Assembly (NCBI GenBank): GCA_964398115.1
Contig: CAYNLP010000001.1
Coordinates: 37,590 to 87,098 of the forward strand
DNA: 49,509 nt
From: an uncultured Methanosarcinales archaeon
GTDB taxonomy: Archaea; Nanobdellota; Nanobdellia; Woesearchaeales; CAYNLP01
Reading direction: 5' to 3'
Each line of letters begins with the position of its first letter. Position 1 is the first letter of the stretch. Positions 32,982-41,593 of this stretch are shown one piece after another. Position numbers and translations under genes: made by a program. The notes under the pieces are model-generated. The model searched no databases. It saw nothing but the letters and a program-made list of their open reading frames with translations, and was not told the origin of the DNA.

Positions 32982-35107
32982 TGGTAGAAGTTATGACAAT
33001 CGTAGTCGACTGGATGCTCTTACTCCTACTTATCCTTTTCATAGTCAAAATAGTGCAAATGATTGGAGCATTTCGAGGAAGCGGAGGAGAAAGTTGGTTT
33101 AGCTCAGAAGAGGAATCAGAGCCTACATTTGAAGAAGAACCCACAATTGAGGAAGAACCTACATTTGAAGAAGAACATCCTGAACCGGAAGAAGCTGAAG
33201 GTGCTCCAGGCACGGAAGACGGCCCTCTTGATTGGGATAACCCTGGCACAATACAAGTAGAGGTACAGAATGAAAACGGCGATCCCGTCCAAGGAGCTGA
33301 AGTAGTTATACAACCGGCAAATGTTGAAAGGAACTTCTTTGGCGGAAGAAAGTCAGGATCGGAAGCAAGAACAGGAAGAACAAACGAAGAAGGATTATTC
33401 CCCCCAGAACCTATGCAGATAGGAAGCGGAAGAGTACTCGTATCAGTAAACAAGCCCGGATTTTTCAGCAGAAAAAAGTTTTTTACTGGAAAAGAAGGAG
33501 AAGATTACATTTCTGAAAAAACTTGGGTAGTGAATCCCGACGATCACACTCATGTTCCCTTAGTTCTAGCTAGAAGCGAAGAAGGAGAAGAAACAGGAGT
33601 TATAAAAGGAAGAGTAATTGACGCGTCACAATACAAAGAAAGCGTAGCTATCAAAGATCAGGCAGAAAAGATCGTAAGAGAGGAAAGATACGGAAAGATA
33701 GGTGTGGAAGGTGCAAAAGTGATGCCTGTAGATTTCGATAATAACCCTATATATGACTCTGTCATGACAGGAAAAGACGGATCCTTCACTATCGAAGTTC
33801 CTCTAAAGAGAAAGTTTAACGTTTACGCAAAGAAAGGCGAAAAAGATGGTTGGCATATTGCAGGAACCTCAACTAATGACTTACTTTTAACACCTAACCA
33901 AAAATCAAGAGAAGATATAGTAATCCCCATAAAAGAAGAATCTCCAGTACAGGAACCAGATGAAGAAAGCAGAACACCTGAAAAGAGAGAAAAAGAAGAA
34001 CCAAAAGAGAAAGAAGGAAGAGAAGAGGTAACAAGAAGATCTAAAGAAGCTAAGGGGTACAAGGTTGAACCCAAAGTTGTGCCTAACAACGAACCAGCCC
34101 AAACAATAAACAAAAAAGAAAGACTGGCCCCTGTGGGAAGAAAACCCGGGAAAGAAAGTATGATAAAAGAAGGTTCTTCCGCAACCAATATAGAGTTAAG
34201 CTTTAGATTTCAAGGATTGAAAGAAAATAATCAACCTGTCAGGTCCACACCACTCCTGTTCTTTTGGGACTTAAACGAAGAAAGAGACGCAACAAATGAA
34301 TTCATAGAAGACCCAAACGAAGTAATAGCAAATATTGGAGGAACTGACATAAAATACAGACAAACCTCGAAGAACAAAACAATACCCTCTAAGGATAACG
34401 GAGAAAAAGGCGGAGGGCAAAAGATAGTTCCACGATACAATATACAATCAGATATAAGACCCGACAAATACCGTCTATACTGTGTAATGCTACAACCCAC
34501 AAATCCAAACAACAACCAATATTTAAAACCAATAGCTAGTCACAAAGTCCCGAAAGAACTAGTTAATCTGCTAAGATCAGCAGAAAGAGGAGATAACAAA
34601 GCCAAGAAGATTCTTAACAAATTTGTATACGACTTTGATTACATAGACATTGTATACAAATACGGTCAAGGAAAAGACAAACCCACCATGGAAGATACAC
34701 AAGAATCCATCAACTACTTCTTCCAAGATGAATATCCAGAAGATAAAGACTGGAGATTTAACCCTAATGAAAGCCTCGGATGGAAATCATCTGAATATGA
34801 GAAAAGACTAAACCTGATAGTGAAAAATATGGCCACAGCCTACAACGGCGTAGGAGCACAAGTAAAGGCCGAAGAAAGACGTAATCTAGAAAAAGCATAC
34901 CAATTCATGAAAAACTACCAGAAATGGCAAGAATACAGCAAAGAAGGAAATCAAGAGAAGAAAAAAGAAATAGAAGAAAAGATACTACAACAAGCCGATA
35001 AAGATAGCATGACCGAAATAACAGGAAAATATCTAAACAAATGGGTGAAATATTTCGCAAAGAAACTAAAGAGAAGGTTCAAAGAAAAGCAATCATACAA
35101 CGAATAA
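32963..35107 (+). CDS. Large bitopic protein: N-terminal TM, acidic EPTFEE repeats, CarboxypepD_reg-like beta-sandwiches, K/E-rich linker, unknown C-terminal domain
   Basis: AGGAGG lies 8 nt before the ATG, and the gene overlaps the upstream gene by 19 nt. Beta-sandwich-like segments GTIQVEVQNENGDPVQGAEVVIQPA and GAKVMPVD...TGKDGSFTIEVP. Charged linker EKREKEEPKEKEGREE. Confidence 0.75.
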   Translation: MALSPIMVEVMTIVVDWMLLLLLILFIVKIVQMIGAFRGSGGESWFSSEEESEPTFEEEPTIEEEPTFEEEHPEPEEAEGAPGTEDGPLDWDNPGTIQVEVQNENGDPVQGAEVVIQPANVERNFFGGRKSGSEARTGRTNEEGLFPPEPMQIGSGRVLVSVNKPGFFSRKKFFTGKEGEDYISEKTWVVNPDDHTHVPLVLARSEEGEETGVIKGRVIDASQYKESVAIKDQAEKIVREERYGKIGVEGAKVMPVDFDNNPIYDSVMTGKDGSFTIEVPLKRKFNVYAKKGEKDGWHIAGTSTNDLLLTPNQKSREDIVIPIKEESPVQEPDEESRTPEKREKEEPKEKEGREEVTRRSKEAKGYKVEPKVVPNNEPAQTINKKERLAPVGRKPGKESMIKEGSSATNIELSFRFQGLKENNQPVRSTPLLFFWDLNEERDATNEFIEDPNEVIANIGGTDIKYRQTSKNKTIPSKDNGEKGGGQKIVPRYNIQSDIRPDKYRLYCVMLQPTNPNNNQYLKPIASHKVPKELVNLLRSAERGDNKAKKILNKFVYDFDYIDIVYKYGQGKDKPTMEDTQESINYFFQDEYPEDKDWRFNPNESLGWKSSEYEKRLNLIVKNMATAYNGVGAQVKAEERRNLEKAYQFMKNYQKWQEYSKEGNQEKKKEIEEKILQQADKDSMTEITGKYLNKWVKYFAKKLKRRFKEKQSYNE
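33122..33175 (+). repeat. Three tandem 18-nt coding repeats (EPTFEE / EPTIEE / EPTFEE)
   Basis: cctacatttgaagaagaa at 33122 and 33158 is identical. The middle copy is cccacaattgaggaagaa. Confidence 0.8.
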
Positions 35108-35120
35108 AGGTGGCAAAGTC

Positions 35121-36056
35121 ATGTTTAAATTAAAAAGTTGGAGAGGCGAAAAAGGACTCATAAAACACGCCAGAAGAGAAGCTAGAAGACTTATCAGAAA
35201 AGATCTAGACCGAATACAAGACACTTGGAAAGAACTAGAACAAGCAACCGAAAATAGAGACGCTGACAAAGTACAAGAAGCCGCTTTCAAACTTATAAAC
35301 AAAGACTACCCCAAATTTTTTGACAGGATAGAAAGCATATTCCAAGAAGGACTAATTAAAGAAGAACATAAACACATCACAAACATTTACAACATAACAG
35401 TCATCTTAGAAGAGTTGAAAGAACAAGCTCAAAATAAAGGGTTACAATCCATAGTTCAACTTATAGAAGAAGACAAAAACAAATTAAAAGAAATAAGGAA
35501 AGAAATAAGAAGAGTCCTACAAAAGAGAGCGTTAAACAGTTTTGAAAGATTAAGTAATGAACAAAAGCCTTTCACAGCATCAGGTGAAGAAGAAGATGAA
35601 ATAGTGCTAGCAAGAAACATACGAGGATTCGTCAAAAAACTGGTAGGTCCTGAAAAAGACATAGCCAAAAGAGAAGATCGAGCAGAAGACATAATAAGAA
35701 AAATCGACATTTCAAGTGTAGAAAGCGAAGAAGACATAAAAGAAGTTAAGAAAAAACTGGAGAAAGCCAAGAAAGACCTTGATAAACTTCATAAATCAAT
35801 CGTGAAAGAACGCAAACTTGAAAACTGGTTGATATTTTATATAACAATGGACTTATACGAATACATAGGTGGCAGCGACTTACCTAAGCTTATTCAAAAA
35901 ATTTATCAACTTCACGAAGAAAAAGGATTTCCTAAACCCCATATAGAAAACGTGCGACAGGAATACGCTAAAGTAATACAACAAGTCAAACAATTAGCAG
36001 GAGAAATGGAAAAACTCACACGAGACGCATTAGGCGATCTCAAAAGACACACTTAA
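35121..36056 (+). CDS. Cytoplasmic coiled-coil protein, unknown family
   Basis: AAGGTGG SD, 13-nt gap from the upstream gene, and 311 aa rich in K/E heptads. No TM helix and no enzymatic motif. Confidence 0.7.
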   Translation: MFKLKSWRGEKGLIKHARREARRLIRKDLDRIQDTWKELEQATENRDADKVQEAAFKLINKDYPKFFDRIESIFQEGLIKEEHKHITNIYNITVILEELKEQAQNKGLQSIVQLIEEDKNKLKEIRKEIRRVLQKRALNSFERLSNEQKPFTASGEEEDEIVLARNIRGFVKKLVGPEKDIAKREDRAEDIIRKIDISSVESEEDIKEVKKKLEKAKKDLDKLHKSIVKERKLENWLIFYITMDLYEYIGGSDLPKLIQKIYQLHEEKGFPKPHIENVRQEYAKVIQQVKQLAGEMEKLTRDALGDLKRHT

Positions 36057-36071
36057 AGGAGGTAACTAATT

Positions 36072-36482
36072 ATGAACAAGAAAGGAGTTGTTTTCACAAG
36101 ACCAAGGGACACGTTAAGCTTTTTCATAGGACTTTTCGTAACCGCCGTAGGACTGATACCCTTACTAAATAGTTGGGGATTGATAGGCTTCAACATACCA
36201 TTGATATCGAACTTAAGCGCCAAAGTCTTGATATGGGCAGTTGCTATCTTCGGAGCATATGTCCTTATAGACGGCTTGATAGAACCACCTATGCACAGCC
36301 TTCACTGGATCCTGATAATCGCTGGTGGCGTCATGATGATAACCGGTTTGCTTCCTATCTTAAACAGCATGGGAGTGATAAGCTTTAGCCTTTCATTCCT
36401 AGAAGGCAACACCATGATTTACCGCATCTTGCTAAGCATTGAAGGCATAAGCCTCGTAATCGGCGGATTAACCATGCACTAA
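36072..36482 (+). CDS. Four-TM membrane protein with internal two-fold duplication
   Basis: AAGGAGGT SD. The halves share GLIPLLNSWGLIGFNIP versus GLLPILNSMGVISFSLS. Confidence 0.7.
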   Translation: MNKKGVVFTRPRDTLSFFIGLFVTAVGLIPLLNSWGLIGFNIPLISNLSAKVLIWAVAIFGAYVLIDGLIEPPMHSLHWILIIAGGVMMITGLLPILNSMGVISFSLSFLEGNTMIYRILLSIEGISLVIGGLTMH

Positions 36483-36506
36483 GTCGGAATTTTTCCGACA
36501 TTTTTT
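36483..36506 (+). terminator. Hairpin plus T-tract immediately after the operon stop codon
   Basis: GTCGGAA-ttt-TTCCGAC is a perfect 7-bp stem (36483-36499), followed by A then TTTTTT (36501-36506). Confidence 0.55.
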
Positions 36507-36546
36507 CCTTTACCTTTTTTACTTCTAACATTCTAAAGAAAAATCT

Positions 36547-36966
36547 ATGATTAAGAAATACGCTACACTAACCACACTCTTATTAACAGCGTGTGGCGGT
36601 GAAGAAGTAAGTCTTCCAAGTCAGTTAAGAAATCCCGACATATTCCTCTCTGGAAAAAGAGGTAGTCACTGGTACGTCTTAGCAGAAGATGAAGACAACG
36701 GATGTTCACTCGCTTACAGTTTGAAAAAAGAAGACGAAAGAAACGTCAGAATTTACAGCGGTCGCGAATGCACCAATATAACACTATACGCTAACGTGAA
36801 GTCAAAACAAAAACTAGACTATATAGTTAAATTTGGCAAAGTCAAAGGCGAAGTCGTAGAAAAATTAAACCTAAACTCTTTAAGACTTTCAGATGAACAA
36901 GCCAGTTCGATAAGGAAACAATACACTAGATGGTCCAGTCTAATCAAAGAAAAACACATCCCATAA
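36547..36966 (+). CDS. Small secreted protein with lipobox
   Basis: Signal MIKKYATLTTLLLTACGG. Confidence 0.55.
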   Translation: MIKKYATLTTLLLTACGGEEVSLPSQLRNPDIFLSGKRGSHWYVLAEDEDNGCSLAYSLKKEDERNVRIYSGRECTNITLYANVKSKQKLDYIVKFGKVKGEVVEKLNLNSLRLSDEQASSIRKQYTRWSSLIKEKHIP

Positions 36967-36968
36967 AA

Positions 36969-37223
36969 CTATTCAATCTCTACTGTTTGTCCCAGGCTTT
37001 GCCCAGGCATACCTCTTTCAAAAAGAACTCTGATAGCCCCGCTATTACCATGAGTGTCTCTCACTTCACCCTCAATAACATTCTTACCAGTATTATACTT
37101 AACATCTTTACCAACGAGATCTTTAGCTTCTTCCTTGCTCTCAACACCATCTAATTCTACTATCATCTGATTATTGTAAGTATGATGTCGTCCTCTCCTA
37201 AAACTCGCTATTATTCCTTGCAT
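36969..37223 (-). CDS. rpl35ae: Ribosomal protein L35Ae
   Basis: 84 aa. FRRGRHHTYNNQMIVEL...VKYNTGKNVIEGEVRDTHGNSGAIRVLFERGMPGQSLG matches the eL33/L35Ae pattern. Confidence 0.85.
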   Translation of the reverse strand: MQGIIASFRRGRHHTYNNQMIVELDGVESKEEAKDLVGKDVKYNTGKNVIEGEVRDTHGNSGAIRVLFERGMPGQSLGQTVEIE

Positions 37224-37258
37224 ACGAGTAAAGGGGAAAAGAAGTCGATTTATAAAAG

Positions 37259-38308
37259 TTACTCTTCAAAAAGATTGAATTCCTGGTCAGGATAAGCCTT
37301 TCTAACCAAATCCTCCCTTTTCTTAAACCTTTCACGCACCGGCTCCAACAAATCATTAATTTCATCCGACAAAGTGTTCTTCAAATCCTGAGGATGCAAC
37401 TCCTCACTTCTAAAATCTTCTTCCAAAACCTCATAATTGTCGTACTCGAGATTTCCACCATACTTTTCAGGCCTTTCTATCAAGAAGTTTTCTCCTAAAT
37501 CATTTTTCAAAGGCATTATCAAGTGTTTACAAAAAGCCAACAAACCATTACCCTCCACTTCTCCCGCAGGACAATAAGCTTTGTCAACCTTGCTCTCAAC
37601 CTCTTCTTTCGTATCTATAAGTCCTATCTTACTAGCTTCGTTTGAAGCGCTCATCTTATCTCCAGTAAGTCCCGGAAGCAACGGAGTAAAGACACAAACA
37701 TACTTGTCCCTATCCATTTTATCCATTAATTCCCTTCCCAGCATGTATATACCTCGCTGATCTATACCACCCAAAGCGACATCAGCATCTAACGCTTTCA
37801 CATCTTCAACCTGAAACAACGGATATACATAACCACCAAGTCGAGCATTTTCAGAAAACCTTACAACCTCGCTCGCGGCTCTCTCCGCCCTGTTAATAGT
37901 AACGTCTCCCATCATTTGCAACACATTCAAGAAGTAATCCTCTTCAAGCTCGAAATCCGTCCCTTTTACAAACTCGATATCTTTCTCCTCAATACCAAAA
38001 CCCTCCATCAAGCCAAGAACGCAGTGCTTATAACACTCTGCTCTCGCATCTAATAATTTCCAAGGACTTTTTTCATCATCCAAGTAAGCGTGAAGGTTAG
38101 CCAATAAAAACTTGAATTTAAAACCAGCTTTCAAGAAATCAGCGATTTTAAAGACGGGAACCATGTGACCGGTGTGCATAAAACCCGTTGGTGCATAGCC
38201 AATATAAGCCACAGGATCATCCTTATCGAAAACTTCCTTTAATTCATCCTCTTTAACAATTTCTTCAGTATTCCTCTTTATCAAATCGAAACGTTCTTTC
38301 TTATTCAT
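37259..38308 (-). CDS. tyrS: Tyrosyl-tRNA synthetase, archaeal type
   Basis: Collinear with my recollection of M. jannaschii TyrRS (recalled, not aligned to a database): IKRNTEEIVKEDELKEVF, AYIGYAPTGFMHTGH, LLANLHAYL, GGIDQRGIYMLGREL, KMSAS, KAYCPAGEVEGN, RPEKYGGNL, ELHPQDLKN. Confidence 0.9.
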   Translation of the reverse strand: MNKKERFDLIKRNTEEIVKEDELKEVFDKDDPVAYIGYAPTGFMHTGHMVPVFKIADFLKAGFKFKFLLANLHAYLDDEKSPWKLLDARAECYKHCVLGLMEGFGIEEKDIEFVKGTDFELEEDYFLNVLQMMGDVTINRAERAASEVVRFSENARLGGYVYPLFQVEDVKALDADVALGGIDQRGIYMLGRELMDKMDRDKYVCVFTPLLPGLTGDKMSASNEASKIGLIDTKEEVESKVDKAYCPAGEVEGNGLLAFCKHLIMPLKNDLGENFLIERPEKYGGNLEYDNYEVLEEDFRSEELHPQDLKNTLSDEINDLLEPVRERFKKREDLVRKAYPDQEFNLFEE

Positions 38309-38730
38309 TTTGGCTTGCTCACATCTAAGAATTCAGGGTCTACCAATCTTATTAAGTCTTTTGTTTTCATTTCCAAACCTTTATCAACGACGCCACTACC
38401 CATATGTACTTTTTCCAAATCTTTAATAGATGGGTCAAAATACACGGGGCAATCAACAAGTAAAGGACAACAACCACCCGGTGGACTGTTACTATGTTCC
38501 TTGACCTCATCAGCGTCTGCCATCCGAGCCTTTCCCGTATCAAAATAATTTTTAATCTTATCCCAATCAACAAGTTGATCCGTCTTCACACAGAAAGCAT
38601 AGAAATCTTCCCCCACTTTCAAAATTATAGTTTTAACAACATCATCTATATCATCACTCATCCTAGACTTATCAATAACTCTATACCAAACACCTTCCTC
38701 TTCCAATAATTCTTCAACTCTCATAACCAT
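38305..38730 (-). CDS. YbaK/ProX-type aminoacyl-tRNA trans-editing (deacylase) domain protein
   Basis: VKTIILKVGEDFYAFCV...ADADEVKEHSNSPPGGCCPL...VYFDPSIKDLEKVHMGSG fits the YbaK-domain pattern. Its stop overlaps the tyrS ATG (ATGA on the minus strand). Confidence 0.65.
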   Translation of the reverse strand: MVMRVEELLEEEGVWYRVIDKSRMSDDIDDVVKTIILKVGEDFYAFCVKTDQLVDWDKIKNYFDTGKARMADADEVKEHSNSPPGGCCPLLVDCPVYFDPSIKDLEKVHMGSGVVDKGLEMKTKDLIRLVDPEFLDVSKPK

Positions 38731-38859
38731 TTATTTTGAGAAAAAATAACAAACCAGTATATAAAACTTAAGCTTCTTTGTCCCTAACCAGTTATAAATT
38801 TAAACCAAAACTTTAAAAACAAGAAGATTATCCAAACACTCAGTTGGGGGTAGATAACA

Positions 38860-39297
38860 ATGGTCAACATTCAACCAAGAGAAAAAACTAGGGAAAGTAA
38901 GAGACAAAAACAAGTAACAAGCCAAGTTCAAGTAAGAAGAGAAGAGGCGGCAAACACTACAAACGTTCCAGCACCAACACCACAAAACGCAGGCGTACTA
39001 GACGTTCTAAAAGAAAGCTGGGAGATATTCCGACAAGACATGGAAAACCTATTCAATTCTGTAAAAGACAACTTCCAGAACGGCTTTAACCTAGACCACT
39101 GGGTTAAACCAGAAAAGAAAGCAGAACACTACTTAAAACAATGCTGGAATTACATGGCTCAAAACGACGTAGAAAAAGCAAGAGAAGTATACAACGACTT
39201 GATAGACGCATACGAGTCCATGAATGAAGGTGAAAAGAAAACCAACATCTACTACGAAGTACACGACATCTACCAAAGACTCTCAGAAGTTCAATAA
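38860..39297 (+). CDS. Hypothetical helical protein with basic N-terminus
   Basis: ATG follows TTGGGGG. No motif recognised. Confidence 0.5.
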   Translation: MVNIQPREKTRESKRQKQVTSQVQVRREEAANTTNVPAPTPQNAGVLDVLKESWEIFRQDMENLFNSVKDNFQNGFNLDHWVKPEKKAEHYLKQCWNYMAQNDVEKAREVYNDLIDAYESMNEGEKKTNIYYEVHDIYQRLSEVQ

Positions 39298-40482
39298 ATA
39301 AACCATAACTGGAAGCATCAAACAACCCATAGCATGAGTTCTCTTCACCCTGCACTCAGCAGGGATAACACCAACAGCGGTAGACACAACTAAAACCACA
39401 AAACCAATCCAACCACTCAAAACAAAAGTCAAAACCACAAGCAAGAAAATGACAGAAACCGCTAACTTTCTATAGTCAAAACGGTTAACCAACCTTGAAA
39501 ACCACCAACCAACTTTTAAAGCAATTAAAACACCAAGGCCGCCAGCCACCAAAGCCGTAGCTACAAAAAATAGAATCAATGATAAATCCACCGAGCCAAG
39601 AAGTTTCTGAACTGCTATAATACTACCATTCCTAGCCTTATCCAACACATAAAAAGTAGCCATGCTAAGGATAAAATTCACCGTATTAACAGAACCCAAC
39701 AAAACCATAAATCCATGATCCCCCAAGTCCCGAGAAAACTGTAAAGAAATAACAGCAGCCATAGAAGCTCCAACTCCAGGAAAAACCGCGGTTAAAAAAC
39801 CAGACAGCTGTCCTGAAAACAAAGCTTTAACACCCTTCCTAAAATCTAAATCAATACGGTTCAAATTCTTCTGCCTCGGAACAGCTTCATTCCTATCCAA
39901 ACTTATCAATAAGGTAGCAACACCAAACAATCCTGACAACATCGGAAACAACGGATTCTTTAAAACAAAAAAATCCAAAACAATATAGCCTAAACACCCA
40001 CTGAGTAAAAAAACGAGCAAAGCCCACCCTCTTTTCCTATCAGTCCAAATCATAAAAACTGCAATCAAAATTAAAAAATAACCAATAAATCCCTCAACTA
40101 AAGGATAACCATACTTCACAATTAAAAGAAAAACAGGAAAAAGAACTGAAGAAAGTATCAACGCTCCAAAACTACCAATCAAGGTCAACTTTAACGCCAT
40201 CATACCATTACCCTGAAGCAAGTACCGATGACCTGGTAAAACACCCAGTACAGTATCGCTTTCAGGAGCTCCCAAGAAAATACCTGGAATACTATCCAAA
40301 AAAGTATGGACAACACTCATGCTAATAATGAAACACGCCAAAGAAAGAAAAGAAAAATAATCCAACAAGAAAGACGCGCTACTAACCACAACCAAAGAAA
40401 TCAAATTAATATGAACTCCCGGTATCAAGCCAGTAACTATTCCACACAATATACCAAGGAAAATCCCAAGATAAACTTCCAT
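39283..40482 (-). CDS. DUF112 / TctA-like polytopic membrane transporter
   Basis: About 12 TM helices with GIVTGLIPGVHINL and LTAVFPGVGASMAAV motifs. The internal ATG at 40482 is preferred over the track start at 40593, which would abut the divergent gene. Confidence 0.55.
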   Translation of the reverse strand: MEVYLGIFLGILCGIVTGLIPGVHINLISLVVVSSASFLLDYFSFLSLACFIISMSVVHTFLDSIPGIFLGAPESDTVLGVLPGHRYLLQGNGMMALKLTLIGSFGALILSSVLFPVFLLIVKYGYPLVEGFIGYFLILIAVFMIWTDRKRGWALLVFLLSGCLGYIVLDFFVLKNPLFPMLSGLFGVATLLISLDRNEAVPRQKNLNRIDLDFRKGVKALFSGQLSGFLTAVFPGVGASMAAVISLQFSRDLGDHGFMVLLGSVNTVNFILSMATFYVLDKARNGSIIAVQKLLGSVDLSLILFFVATALVAGGLGVLIALKVGWWFSRLVNRFDYRKLAVSVIFLLVVLTFVLSGWIGFVVLVVSTAVGVIPAECRVKRTHAMGCLMLPVMVYLLNF

Positions 40483-40586
40483 CCAACAAAAAATCCAAGC
40501 AAGATTAAAAGCTGTTCTCCACAAATTCTCGGAACGTATACGAGAGAAACGTTTAAATATAGAAAGATTCAAACAAAAGTCATTAC

Positions 40587-41579
40587 ATGGCAATATTCGA
40601 AGGCCTGTTAGGAAACATATTTTTAGGAATCATAGCAATTGCAATCCTTCTATACAGCGCAGAATTTGTGGTTAGAAAACTCATAAAACTAGCTCATCAC
40701 TTCGGAGTAAGCGACACATTCATGGGTATGAGCGTTATGGCATTAGGTACAAGCATGCCTGAAATAGGTAGCCATCTCGCAGCATCAATCGGAATACTCT
40801 CAGGAAATCTCAACTACAAAATTGCAAGTTCTGCAGTTCTTGGAGCAAATATAGGGAGCGATGTAGTACAACAAACATTCGTCCTCGGCCTAGTAATATT
40901 CCTAATGGGCAGCTTAACTTTTAGCAAAGAATTTCTTAAAAAAGACTATTCAATGATGGTGGCAACAACGTTGATCACAATGCTTCTAGGATTAGATCAT
41001 AAAATATCTAGGCTTGACGGAGCGATAATGATAGGGATATTTATATGGTACATGACTTTCCTATACGAGCAAGAGGACGAACACATTCCTGAAAAAGAAG
41101 TACTAGACCATCCATTATGGATCGAAATAACCCTAACCATCTTCGGAATGGCAATACTTCTCGGCAGCAGCTCAATAGTACTAGAAGTAGTAGAATACGT
41201 TGTGAAAACAACAGGTCTTGGAGGTTCCATAATTGGCGTGTTCAGCGTAGGACTAAGTTCTGCATTACCAGAAATGTTCACCGCCATAGAAGGGATAAAG
41301 AAAAGCGCGACCGGTATATCACTAGGCACCCTGATAGGCAGCAACATTACTAATCCTATGCTAGCCATCGGCATGGGAGGACTAATATCCGAATACTACG
41401 TTCCCAAACCACTCATATATTGGGACCTACCTATGGAAACAGTAACAGCAGGACTATTACTAATATACTTATTATTCCACGATAACGAACTCGGTCGAGG
41501 TGGAGCAATATACCTAATGCTCTTATACTTCGGATACGCCATAGTGAGAATAATATACTTCCCACACGACGCATGGTAA
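40587..41579 (+). CDS. Na+/Ca2+ exchanger (CaCA, YrbG-like)
   Basis: Alpha-repeat motifs GTSMPE...GSDVVQ and SSALPEMF...GSNITNP in two 5-TM halves. Confidence 0.85.
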   Translation: MAIFEGLLGNIFLGIIAIAILLYSAEFVVRKLIKLAHHFGVSDTFMGMSVMALGTSMPEIGSHLAASIGILSGNLNYKIASSAVLGANIGSDVVQQTFVLGLVIFLMGSLTFSKEFLKKDYSMMVATTLITMLLGLDHKISRLDGAIMIGIFIWYMTFLYEQEDEHIPEKEVLDHPLWIEITLTIFGMAILLGSSSIVLEVVEYVVKTTGLGGSIIGVFSVGLSSALPEMFTAIEGIKKSATGISLGTLIGSNITNPMLAIGMGGLISEYYVPKPLIYWDLPMETVTAGLLLIYLLFHDNELGRGGAIYLMLLYFGYAIVRIIYFPHDAW

Positions 41580-41593
41580 AAGAAAAAAAGGTT

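Noticed and set aside
32959-33453. 164-aa minus-strand ORF and the 65-aa ORFs at 33063-33313
   Set aside because: They are antisense or off-frame readings of the acidic repeat region of the 714-aa gene. They are Ser/Gly/Phe low-complexity.
39283-40593. Full 436-aa version of the TctA-like ORF
   Set aside because: The first 37 codons are non-membrane, Cys/Trp/Arg-rich, and run into the divergent gene's start region. The ATG at 40482 begins directly with the first TM helix.
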